Part shown: positions 18,715 to 27,492 of the stretch, piece after piece | Position numbering within the stretch: position 1 is the first letter of the stretch | Layout of the letters: each line of letters begins with the position of its first letter | DNA from: an uncultured bacterium | Lineage (GTDB): Bacteria; Krumholzibacteriota; Krumholzibacteriia; LZORAL124-64-63 | Direction: 5' to 3' | Assembly: GCA_937910695.1 (NCBI GenBank) | Contig: CALEMW010000166.1 | Location: forward strand, 41,998 to 105,997 | DNA: 64,000 nt | The notes under the pieces: generated by a model | What the model saw: the letters and a program-made list of their open reading frames with translations, nothing else | Database searches by the model: none | Told to the model about the DNA's origin: nothing | Translations under genes and position numbers: made by a program

Positions 18715-20439
18715 ATGAACCGATCCCTGACCACCAGGGCCATCGTGGTGACCGTAATCGTCATCCTGTCCCTGATCGGGCTCTGGCCTACCATCCAGGC
18801 CTCCCGCATCACAGACGACATGCGTGTCGAGGCGGAGACCAACCCCGCCCTTGCCGCCAAAATCGCGTCCTGGGAAAGCCGAGCGATCCGTAAGGGTCTC
18901 GACCTCGAGGGCGGCATGTACATCGTGCTCGAAATCGACGTCGAAGGCCTGACCGACACCGAGGCCAAAGACGCCATGGAGCGCGTCACCGAAATTCTGC
19001 GCAACCGCGTCGACCAGTTCGGCGTGAGCGAGCCGGACATCAAGACGATCGGCAACCAGCGCATCGTGGTGCAGTTGCCCGGTCTGCAGGACGTGGAGAG
19101 GGCCAAGAACCTGATCGGCTCGACGGCCCGTCTCGAGTTCCGGCTCGTACGTCCGATCGAAGACGTGCAGACAATCCTCGAACGCATGGACGATGCCTTC
19201 GCGGCGACCGTCGCCCCTGGTGAAGACGTTGCCGAGGCCGGCCTCGATGTCGTGGCTGCAGCTGCTGAGCCCGTTGTCGACGAAGAACCCGCGCCCGCGG
19301 CAGACGACGCTCTGGACCTGGGCGACCTGCCCGGCCAGCCCGGTTCCGACGACGTGACCGATGACCTGCTCGCCGAGCGTCCTTTCTCCGGCTACATCTT
19401 CGCCAACGCCGACTTCAACCGCATGTGGGGCACGCCCCTGGCCGTGGAATCCCGCCATGTGGCGAAGGTGCGCGAAATGATCGAGTCGCCCCAGGGGCGC
19501 ATCCTGCAGCGCAGCATGGAATTCCAGTTCAAGATGGACGACGTCGAAATCGGTGGCGGCATGGTTGTCAGGCCCTTGTTCCTGCTGGACAAAACGCCGA
19601 CTCTGACCGGCGACCATCTGACCGGCGCCCGCAGCGCTCCGGACACCGACCGCCCCGGCAACTTCAGCGTGACCTTCAACCTGGACCGCCGCGGCGCCCG
19701 GGTTTTCAGTCAGGCGACCGGTGAGAACGTCGGCCGTCAGCTGGCCATCAGCCTCGACGGCAAGGTGAAGTCGGCCCCGCAGATCCAGGGTAAAATCCCC
19801 TCGGGCAACGGCGACATCACCGGCGGCTTCACCAGCAACCAGGCCAGCGATCTGGCCCTGCTGCTGCGTGCCGGCGCCTTGCCGGTGGACGTGCACATCG
19901 AGGAGGAGCGCACCGTAGGCCCGAGCCTCGGCGCCGACTCGATCCGCCAGGGTCTGAACGCAGCCCTCTATGGTCTGGCCTTCGTTGTGATCTTCGTGCT
20001 TCTGTACTATCGGCTCACCGGCTTCGTGGTGGTGTTGGCGCTCATGGTCAACATGACCATCCTGCTGGCCGTGCTGGCCCAGTTCGGTCTGGTGCTGACC
20101 CTGCCCGGCATCGCCGGCATCATCCTGACGATCGGTATGGCGGTGGACGCCAACGTGCTGATCAACGAGCGCATCCGCGAAGAGCTGCGCCGCGGCAAGA
20201 CGTCGCGGGCGGCGGTGGACGCCGGCTATTCCAACGCCACGCGCACCATCGTGGACGCCAACGTCACGACCCTGATCGCCGCGATGATCCTGTGGTACTT
20301 CGGCTCCGGCCCCATCCTGGGCTTCGCCGTGACCCTGGCCATCGGCATTTTCTCGAGCATGTTCACGGCCCTGGTGCTGACGCGCGTCATCATGGAAGCC
20401 GTCACCAGGAACCGCGCCCACGCCAAGCTGAGCATCTAG
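18715..20439 (+). CDS. secD: Protein translocase subunit SecD
   Basis: N-terminal TM segment, large periplasmic domain (GLDLEGGMYIVLE, RIVVQLPGLQD), C-terminal six-TM block (LTLPGIAGIILTIGMAVDANVLINERIREE). Confidence 0.92.
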   Translation: MNRSLTTRAIVVTVIVILSLIGLWPTIQASRITDDMRVEAETNPALAAKIASWESRAIRKGLDLEGGMYIVLEIDVEGLTDTEAKDAMERVTEILRNRVDQFGVSEPDIKTIGNQRIVVQLPGLQDVERAKNLIGSTARLEFRLVRPIEDVQTILERMDDAFAATVAPGEDVAEAGLDVVAAAAEPVVDEEPAPAADDALDLGDLPGQPGSDDVTDDLLAERPFSGYIFANADFNRMWGTPLAVESRHVAKVREMIESPQGRILQRSMEFQFKMDDVEIGGGMVVRPLFLLDKTPTLTGDHLTGARSAPDTDRPGNFSVTFNLDRRGARVFSQATGENVGRQLAISLDGKVKSAPQIQGKIPSGNGDITGGFTSNQASDLALLLRAGALPVDVHIEEERTVGPSLGADSIRQGLNAALYGLAFVVIFVLLYYRLTGFVVVLALMVNMTILLAVLAQFGLVLTLPGIAGIILTIGMAVDANVLINERIREELRRGKTSRAAVDAGYSNATRTIVDANVTTLIAAMILWYFGSGPILGFAVTLAIGIFSSMFTALVLTRVIMEAVTRNRAHAKLSI

Positions 20440-20499
20440 CTCGGCACGGGAACCGGCCCGCTGTGCGGGCCTCCTGGGGCGGACGCCCCGAGAGAGGGA

Positions 20500-21438
20500 A
20501 TGGGAATGCAACTGCTGACCAAGACCAACATCGATTTTGTGGGCCGTACACGGTACACGTCGGTGATTTCGATCATCTTGATCCTCGCCGGCGTCGTCTC
20601 GCTGCTCATGCACGGCGGGCCGAAGCTGAGCATCGATTTCACGGGCGGTACGATCCTGCAGGTGAAGGTGCTGCCCGCCCCCGAACTGGCCCAGGTTCGT
20701 GGAGCTCTCGAAGCCGCGGGATTCAGCGACTTCCAGGTGCAGGACTTCGGTGCTCTGGACGAGTTCCTCATCACGTTCCGCGGTGAAACCGCACAGACCG
20801 GTGACGAGGGCATCGATTCAGCCGAGCAGATGATGCACGCCCTCCAGGCGGGTATGAGCGGGTACGAAGTCGAAATGCGGCGCGAGGAGTCGGTGGGCCC
20901 GAAGATCGGCGGCGAGCTGAAATCGGCCGCGGTCAACTCGCTGTTCGCGGCGCTGGTGCTCATCGTGCTTTACATCACGGTACGCTTCGTCTTCCGCTAC
21001 GGCATCGCGGCCATCGTGGCCCTGATCCACGATGTGGTGATCACCCTGGGCGTCTTCTCGCTGCTGGACAAGGAAGTGTCGCTGACGATCATCGCGGCCT
21101 TCATGACCATCATCGGTTACTCCCTGAACGATACCATCGTGGTCTTCGACCGCATCCGCGAGAACATGTCGCTGCGGCGCAAGGAGAGCTACGAGGGCAT
21201 CATCAACCGCTCGATCAACGAGACCCTGAGCCGTACGCTCGTGACCTCGTTGACCACCTTGATGGTGGCCGGCACGCTCTTCGTGCTGGGCGGCGCGGTG
21301 ATCCACGACTTTGCTTTCGCCTTGGTCCTGGGCGTGATCATCGGTACGTACTCGTCGATCTTCGTGGCGAGCCCCGTCCTGGTGTGGTGGTACAGGCGCA
21401 ACGTCACCGACGCCAAGCGCAATCAGCCGGCTATGTAA
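20500..21438 (+). CDS. secF: Protein translocase subunit SecF
   Basis: IDFVGRTRY, SIDFTGGT, six-TM block with GYSLNDTIVVFDRIREN. Lies directly downstream of secD. Confidence 0.92.
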   Translation: MGMQLLTKTNIDFVGRTRYTSVISIILILAGVVSLLMHGGPKLSIDFTGGTILQVKVLPAPELAQVRGALEAAGFSDFQVQDFGALDEFLITFRGETAQTGDEGIDSAEQMMHALQAGMSGYEVEMRREESVGPKIGGELKSAAVNSLFAALVLIVLYITVRFVFRYGIAAIVALIHDVVITLGVFSLLDKEVSLTIIAAFMTIIGYSLNDTIVVFDRIRENMSLRRKESYEGIINRSINETLSRTLVTSLTTLMVAGTLFVLGGAVIHDFAFALVLGVIIGTYSSIFVASPVLVWWYRRNVTDAKRNQPAM

Positions 21439-21459
21439 CGGTTCCTTTTCGGATCCGAA

Positions 21460-21495
21460 GGGGCGTTTCCGGTAACGGGACGCCCCTTTTTCTTT
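21460..21495 (+). terminator. Rho-independent terminator after secF
   Basis: ggggcgtttc / loop / gggacgcccc (with G-U wobbles) followed by tttttcttt. Confidence 0.6.
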
Positions 21496-21562
21496 GTCCG
21501 GAGGAACGAACTCCACAGGGTCGTCGTTTCCCATGGGCGCACGATGGGCTACAATGAGACGG

Positions 21563-22060
21563 ATGAAGACCATGCACCGACATCACAAGACCTTGGGGAG
21601 CCGCTTGCGGCGGGCGGCGGGCGTGCCGGTCGTCGTGCTGTTGCTGACGGCTTGGGGCGGAAGCGCCGTCGCCGTCGAACGCTCTCCGGTCGAAGACGAT
21701 CCAACCCTGGCCATGGCTCGAACCCAGTTCCGAGCACGTTGGTTGGTGGGTGACCACGCGTCGCTGGCCCGGCTGATTGCCGAGAAGGGGGCGGTGATGT
21801 CCCTGGCTCGAGACGACCGTGGCGCCAGAACCACGACGCCCTCCCGTGCCCATTACGTCTTCAAATCACTGTTCCGCGCCACCGAAGGGCATGTTCTGGA
21901 GACCGTTGCGGTATCGCCGGGGGCGACGGGCGACATCGTCCATACCGTTCTCGACTGGACCTATCGGCGCAGCGGCAGCGAGGAATCGGACCGGCTGTTC
22001 GTGACCTGGGTGCGGGAGCGGGCCGGCTGGCGCCTGGCCGAGCTTCGCACCGGACACTGA
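21563..22060 (+). CDS. Secreted NTF2-like (SnoaL/DUF4440-like) small protein
   Basis: Basic n-region plus hydrophobic core (RLRRAAGVPVVVLLLTAWGGSAVA). The C-terminal pattern ...LFVTWVRERAGWRLAELR resembles NTF2-fold proteins. Start is ambiguous (ATG at 21554, 21563 or 21572). Stop lies 14 nt before the kinase gene. Confidence 0.45.
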   Translation: MKTMHRHHKTLGSRLRRAAGVPVVVLLLTAWGGSAVAVERSPVEDDPTLAMARTQFRARWLVGDHASLARLIAEKGAVMSLARDDRGARTTTPSRAHYVFKSLFRATEGHVLETVAVSPGATGDIVHTVLDWTYRRSGSEESDRLFVTWVRERAGWRLAELRTGH

Positions 22061-22074
22061 GGCAGGGAGCCGCC

Positions 22075-25000
22075 ATGAGCCAACCAACCCGTACCGGATC
22101 GATCGCCTGGGCCGCCACCATTTTGGTGGCGGCGCTTGTGGTGATGGGTCTTGCCGGTCGGGTCTCGGTTGTGACGACGGGTCTCTGTTTGGTCGGTGCC
22201 GTGCTCATGCTCGCGGCTTGGCGCCGGGAGGGACTGCGGCGGCCGGGTTGGCTTCTCCTGGCGATCCCGTTGTTGCTGCTGGCCGCCTGGTTCGCCGCAC
22301 AGCCGGTTGTTGTCGACGATGTCGCGGCTTGGGAGAGGTCCCAGAAAGACCACCTCAACGAAGTGGTGACCAGGACCGGCCTCTCCGCTGAACAGCTGCG
22401 GCAGGAGCTGGAGGTTTTGGCAGCGAGGGCGGTCGATGACGATTCCGAATCCGATGGGGCCCATCTCACGAACCTGGCCGCGGGTTGGACACCGACGTTC
22501 GGGGCCGGGTACAGCTTTCCCTTGGCGTTGGCCCTGTGGCGCCACGGCGAACGTGTCGCTTGGCGAGGCGATCTGGAGCCCTTCCCGGACGATGATCTGC
22601 CTGCTGCAGAGGAATCCGATCAAGTGCGGCGAGGGCGTGCGGGTTGGGTCTGGCGCGGATCGACCCCGTCGGCTCGGGGCGTTCTCGAGTGGCAGATTCA
22701 TCTCACATCACCGGGATCATCTCCATCGGTCGCCGACGCTGAACTGCGCACCTCGGTCGTGTTCACATCCGAACCGAATCCGACCCGCTGGTTCGGCGAC
22801 GCACAGAGGGGTTTGCGGGCCTCGTTCGACGTCGTTCTGGATCCGGCTCCCGGCGACATGGAGCTGCCCGTATTGCGCAGCACCATTTCGGGACGTCCCC
22901 TCTCGGGTGAGGTGGAACGGCGTGATGCACGCCGCCGTTTGATTTTCGCTCTTCTGCTCGGTTTTGTCTTACCTGCCTGGACGGCATCCATCCTGCGGCC
23001 GGGATTCGTGTTGGGCACTGCATGGATCGTCCGGTGCGCATGGGCTGTGACGGATCTGTTCCACTTGTTGCCGTCTACGGGATTCGGTGGGGAGGGCCCC
23101 TCTCGCCCAGGAGAGCTCGGGAGTCTGGTCGATCCCACTTACTTCGCCTCTTCCTGGGGCCTTGGTCTTTTCTCGTCGACCCTCGATGCGGCGTTGACGG
23201 GAACTCTGATCAGCATCACCGCCGTGATGGCCGCGCGCCGTCTGCATCCTCAGCAGAAGAATTCTCGGGCTGAGCCCGGTTTGGGGATGGAGATCGTCTA
23301 CGGACTCGGTGCGGCTGTTGTGCTGGCCCTGCTCTGGGACCTGGCGGGGGAGTTGGCGGTCAATGCCCATCCTCGGCTCATCGGTCCGCGGACGCCGTTC
23401 CGGGCCGTCACGTTCTGGGGGCTGCATCTGGTTCTGCTGACCACCGGGGGCGGCGCGTTTCTGCTGGCGGCCGTTCTGGCGGGGCGGCGACGAGGCAGCC
23501 GCGGTCCCCAACGTCTGCTGATCGCATTGGTCGCGGCGTTGATCGGCGGCTGGGCTGTCCGGGGTTTCGGACTCGGTTTAGGACTCGTCGGCCTGGTGGG
23601 GTTGCCGATCGTGGTGTTCGTCGTCCGCGTCACCTCGGGGTTGGTGATGGGATCGGACCGCGCGCTGCGCAGGCTCGCCTGGTTGTTGCCCCTGTTCGCC
23701 GCGGTGACTTGGAATTATCTGGGGCTCTCCCATGCCTATCGGGGAGTGGAGGGCCGCTGGCTCGAGCGGAAGCTCGAAGAAATGACCGAACCGAGAGAAG
23801 ACTGGATCCAGTTCCTGATGGAGGACCTCCTGGCGGAAATGGCCGCCGACGAGGCCGTCCTGCAGGATGCCCCGGCGGCCCACGCTCCTGAAGCCGCCGA
23901 GCTGTGGCGCGACTGGCCGGCATACGCCCTGTGGCGGGGAGCCGGAGTCGCAGACCTGGGCATGCCCTGCCTTGTGGAGATTCTCGACTCCGAGGGGCAG
24001 GGGAGCAGCCGTTTCGCCTCGGGGCAATTCCGCGATTTCGGCTATGAACTCGTCCAGCGCTCGGAGTGGACCCGGGGTCGGCCCGTCTCGCCGCGCCCAG
24101 ATCTGAAGCTCGATCTCTATCTCCAGCATGAACAACGCCGCTATGCGACGGGAGACGAGTGGGTGCTCCGTGGCGAGGTGACGCGATTGGGCACCGAAGG
24201 GTGGATCGCCTTGGAGTTGCCGATCCGGACTGGTCGTGTTCGGACCATGCGCGAAGCGATCGCACCGTCGTCGTGGGAGAACAACTCCGGCGACTATGCG
24301 CCGCGTCAGGACGTGGACCGTCCGGTCATGCTGCTGCGCGCCGAGGACGGGGAATGGTGGGGTCAGAGCGGTGATCAGACGCCCAAGGCCACAGCCCGTG
24401 AAGTAGCCGCCAGCTTGAGATCGGCGGGCCCAGGACCGGCGAACCAGCGCTTCGAAGGTGCTTCGTGGCGCTGCCTCTGGGGCCCGTTGCCCGATCAGGA
24501 CGGAGAGGACGACGGCATCCTCATCGGCGTGGAGGAGCCGGGCCTCGGCGACCGGCTGCTCGATCTGTCCCGCCTGATTCTGCTGGACCTTTTGCTGTTG
24601 GCCGTCCTGTCCCTGCTGCCCCTGACGGCGAGGTTGGCGACCGGAGGTTGGCGTGGGGCCAGACTCGGACTTCAGGAGCGCTTCCTGGCACTGTCGTTCC
24701 TTTTGGGCATGCTGCCATTGTTGATGGCAGGCACGTTCATCGACCGCATCAACCGCGAATGGTTGACCGATGACGCCCGAGCCGAGACCAGGGAAGGACT
24801 CGAGACTGCGCGGGAGCAGTTGCAGGGCCTGCTGGCCGAACAGGCGCGGGCCCTTGCCGGCAGCGATTACATATCGGAGCTTCTGGCCAGCCGACTCGCC
24901 GGCGACCGGCCCCTCGGACCCTTTGCGGCACGGCAGGCCATGGTCTTTTCCGCCGACGGCGAACTGCTGCTCGACGAGACCCTGAGCGATCTTGACCGCG

Positions 25001-26805
25001 ACGAAGCAGCCCTGCTGCTCGAGCGGGCCCGAGCCTCCTCGCTGGTGGTGATGCGTGACGACGCCAGTACGTACCTCGGCACGGTCATCCCCGTGGATCT
25101 GGAATCCGGCCCCGAACTCTCGGAGCTCGAAGGCCGGGTGGGGAATGCCTCAGGCCCCGGCACGCGCCGCCGCGACGGTTTCTTTTTCTATCGTCAGCGG
25201 CTCGACGCCGATCTGCTGGCCGGACTCGCCGAGGTGATTCAGGGCGAAGCGACCCTCTACATCGAAGGCGAGGCTCTGCTCTCAAGCCATCCGGACCACG
25301 TCTTTTCGGGTCGGACCGAGCTGATCCTGCCGCCGGAGCGGGCGGCGGGCCTCGACATGCGGGGGTCGGGACTCCACGTCGTCGCCGATCCCGGCCACGA
25401 TCTGTCGTGGACCGGCTTGCTCACGCTGCCTGTGCTGCGCAACACGCCGGGGACGCAGAACCTCGTTTTGGGGGAGATTCCGGCGGTCTTGGCTGCGAGT
25501 TTCCCGGCTCGTGGGCGGGACTACACGGCCCAGCGTGAGCGCACGGTTCTGTTTCTGGCCGGCCTGGCCACGATGATCTTCCTGTTGGCGACCGTGCTGG
25601 GTGTGACCCTTGCCTGGCGTATCTTCGATCCCGTCCGTGTCCTGGTCACCGCCACGCGACGCCTAGCCGCCGGCGACTACGACGCCCCGTTGCCGCCTCC
25701 GGCAGCGGACGAATTGGGGACCCTGAGCGCCGCGTTCGGGGCCATGCGCGACGATCTGCGCTTGGCCAGGACGTCCCTGGAGGAACGGGAACAGTTCCTT
25801 GCCCGCCTGCTCGAGAGAGTTCCTGTCGGTGTGGCGGTGTTCGGCCGCGAGGACTGCCTCGTGACCCTCAACCCGGCAGCGCGTTCGATGGTCGATCTGT
25901 TCTACGCCGAGACGGCAGCGGCAACCGAGGACCGGGCGCGACTGCTGCTCCATGAATTCCTCCGTGTGACGTCCGCCCGCGGCGGCGAAGCCGAACTTTC
26001 GACACCGACGGGGGGCCGCACGCTCCGTGGTCGTATGGCGCCTTTGGTCCTGCCCGACGGCGGCCAAGATCGGATGATCGTGTTCGAGGACGTCACCGAG
26101 TTCCTGGAAACCAAGAGTCTGGCCATCAACGCCCAGCTCGCACGTCAGGTAGCTCACGAGGTCAAGAATCCTCTGACGCCCATTCAGCTTTCGGTTCAAT
26201 TCCTTCAGCAGGCCTGGAAGGACCAGGCCGAAAACATGGACGAGATCCTCACCGCGACGGTGGCCCAGGTGCTCGAGCAGGTGGAACTGCTGCGGCGCAT
26301 CGCCACGGAATTCAGTCTGCTCGGCCGACCGGAGGAACTGGTCTGCGAGTCCCTGGACCCGGCGGCGCTGGTCGACGATGTCTTGAAGCGCTACCGCACT
26401 CCCGATGGCGGCTTCGAGGTTCGGAACGACGATCCGGCACCGCCTGCGGTGCTGGCCCATGCCGAATCGCTGGCGAAAGTCGTGGCGAACCTCATGGAGA
26501 ATTCCCTGCAGGCCGTAGGGGCCGGCGGCGATCTGGTGCTCGAGTTGACCTGGCGCGTGAAGAGCGACTCGGTGACCATGATCTGGCGAGACAACGGGTC
26601 GGGAATTCCTCGCGACGTGGCCGATCGCCTCTTTGACTTGTATTTTTCCACCAAGAGCCATGGTACTGGACTTGGGTTGCCCATCTGCCGCAACCTCCTG
26701 TCCCGCATGGGCGCCCAGATCACCCTGGGCAACCGCACCGACGGTTCAGGCGCCGAAGCGACCCTCGTTCTGCGGCGCGCGCCCGGGAACGGGGAGGACG
26801 CATGA
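22075..26805 (+). CDS. Giant polytopic sensor histidine kinase, NtrY-like core (HAMP-PAS-HisKA-HATPase)
   Basis: 1576 aa with about 14 hydrophobic segments in four blocks over the first ~1180 aa. HAMP (RRLAAGDYDAPLP...ELGTLSAAFGAM), PAS (ERVPVGVAVFGRED), H-box HEVKNPLTPIQLSVQFL (NtrY type), N-box NLMENSLQA, G1 DNGSGIP, G2 GTGLGLPICRNL. Confidence 0.85.
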   Translation: MSQPTRTGSIAWAATILVAALVVMGLAGRVSVVTTGLCLVGAVLMLAAWRREGLRRPGWLLLAIPLLLLAAWFAAQPVVVDDVAAWERSQKDHLNEVVTRTGLSAEQLRQELEVLAARAVDDDSESDGAHLTNLAAGWTPTFGAGYSFPLALALWRHGERVAWRGDLEPFPDDDLPAAEESDQVRRGRAGWVWRGSTPSARGVLEWQIHLTSPGSSPSVADAELRTSVVFTSEPNPTRWFGDAQRGLRASFDVVLDPAPGDMELPVLRSTISGRPLSGEVERRDARRRLIFALLLGFVLPAWTASILRPGFVLGTAWIVRCAWAVTDLFHLLPSTGFGGEGPSRPGELGSLVDPTYFASSWGLGLFSSTLDAALTGTLISITAVMAARRLHPQQKNSRAEPGLGMEIVYGLGAAVVLALLWDLAGELAVNAHPRLIGPRTPFRAVTFWGLHLVLLTTGGGAFLLAAVLAGRRRGSRGPQRLLIALVAALIGGWAVRGFGLGLGLVGLVGLPIVVFVVRVTSGLVMGSDRALRRLAWLLPLFAAVTWNYLGLSHAYRGVEGRWLERKLEEMTEPREDWIQFLMEDLLAEMAADEAVLQDAPAAHAPEAAELWRDWPAYALWRGAGVADLGMPCLVEILDSEGQGSSRFASGQFRDFGYELVQRSEWTRGRPVSPRPDLKLDLYLQHEQRRYATGDEWVLRGEVTRLGTEGWIALELPIRTGRVRTMREAIAPSSWENNSGDYAPRQDVDRPVMLLRAEDGEWWGQSGDQTPKATAREVAASLRSAGPGPANQRFEGASWRCLWGPLPDQDGEDDGILIGVEEPGLGDRLLDLSRLILLDLLLLAVLSLLPLTARLATGGWRGARLGLQERFLALSFLLGMLPLLMAGTFIDRINREWLTDDARAETREGLETAREQLQGLLAEQARALAGSDYISELLASRLAGDRPLGPFAARQAMVFSADGELLLDETLSDLDRDEAALLLERARASSLVVMRDDASTYLGTVIPVDLESGPELSELEGRVGNASGPGTRRRDGFFFYRQRLDADLLAGLAEVIQGEATLYIEGEALLSSHPDHVFSGRTELILPPERAAGLDMRGSGLHVVADPGHDLSWTGLLTLPVLRNTPGTQNLVLGEIPAVLAASFPARGRDYTAQRERTVLFLAGLATMIFLLATVLGVTLAWRIFDPVRVLVTATRRLAAGDYDAPLPPPAADELGTLSAAFGAMRDDLRLARTSLEEREQFLARLLERVPVGVAVFGREDCLVTLNPAARSMVDLFYAETAAATEDRARLLLHEFLRVTSARGGEAELSTPTGGRTLRGRMAPLVLPDGGQDRMIVFEDVTEFLETKSLAINAQLARQVAHEVKNPLTPIQLSVQFLQQAWKDQAENMDEILTATVAQVLEQVELLRRIATEFSLLGRPEELVCESLDPAALVDDVLKRYRTPDGGFEVRNDDPAPPAVLAHAESLAKVVANLMENSLQAVGAGGDLVLELTWRVKSDSVTMIWRDNGSGIPRDVADRLFDLYFSTKSHGTGLGLPICRNLLSRMGAQITLGNRTDGSGAEATLVLRRAPGNGEDA

Positions 26806-27482
26806 CTCCGCATCGCAGCGTTTTAAGATCGGGTCTGTACGCGATGCTGCTCATGGTGTCGCTCCTGTCGACAACCGCCACCGTTGTCGCCGCCCCGCTT
26901 TCAGTGGCGCGGCTGCGGTACGAAGGTGGCGACTGGTACTGCGATCCCGGTTCTCTGGCCAACTGGCTGCGACTATTCCGGGAACGCACAGGAATCTCTA
27001 CGGCTGCGGATCCGGACGTGGTGGACATGCAGAGCGAGGACCTGTATCGGCATCCTTTGCTTTACGTGACCGGACACGGCGTCATCGACATGTCCGACGA
27101 CGACGTGACCGAGCTGCGTCGCTACCTCGATGCGGGCGGATTTCTCTGGGCCGACGACAACTACGGACTCGATGCATCGTTCCGTCAGCTGATCAGACGT
27201 GTGTATCCCGACCTGGAGTTGACCCGCCTCGGCTCGGAACACCCGATCTACCACGCGTACTACGATCTGCCGGGGCTGCCCAAGATTCACGAACACGACG
27301 GCGATCCGGCCCAGGGGTATGGTGTCGTCGATAGAGGCCGTCTGCGCGTGTTCTACAGCTGGTCCAGCGATATCGGCGACGGTCTCGAAGATCCGCAGGT
27401 CCACGGTGATCCGGCAGATGTACGGGAAGCCGCCGCACGCATGGCCGTGAACGTGTTGATGTACGCCCTGACCCACCCATGA
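26802..27482 (+). CDS. DUF4159-like secreted protein (Bat/aerotolerance-operon associated)
   Basis: Signal peptide. LRYEGGDWYCDP, HPLLYVTGHG and LRRYLDAGGFLWADDNYG match my recollection of DUF4159. ATGA overlap with the kinase stop. Confidence 0.7.
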   Translation: MTPHRSVLRSGLYAMLLMVSLLSTTATVVAAPLSVARLRYEGGDWYCDPGSLANWLRLFRERTGISTAADPDVVDMQSEDLYRHPLLYVTGHGVIDMSDDDVTELRRYLDAGGFLWADDNYGLDASFRQLIRRVYPDLELTRLGSEHPIYHAYYDLPGLPKIHEHDGDPAQGYGVVDRGRLRVFYSWSSDIGDGLEDPQVHGDPADVREAAARMAVNVLMYALTHP

Positions 27483-27492
27483 GGAGAAGCCG

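Noticed and set aside
18550-20613. 687-aa minus-strand ORF opposite secD
   Set aside because: It is antisense to an unambiguous SecD/SecF coding region. The composition is low-complexity (H/D/G/A/Q-rich) and no start context is present.
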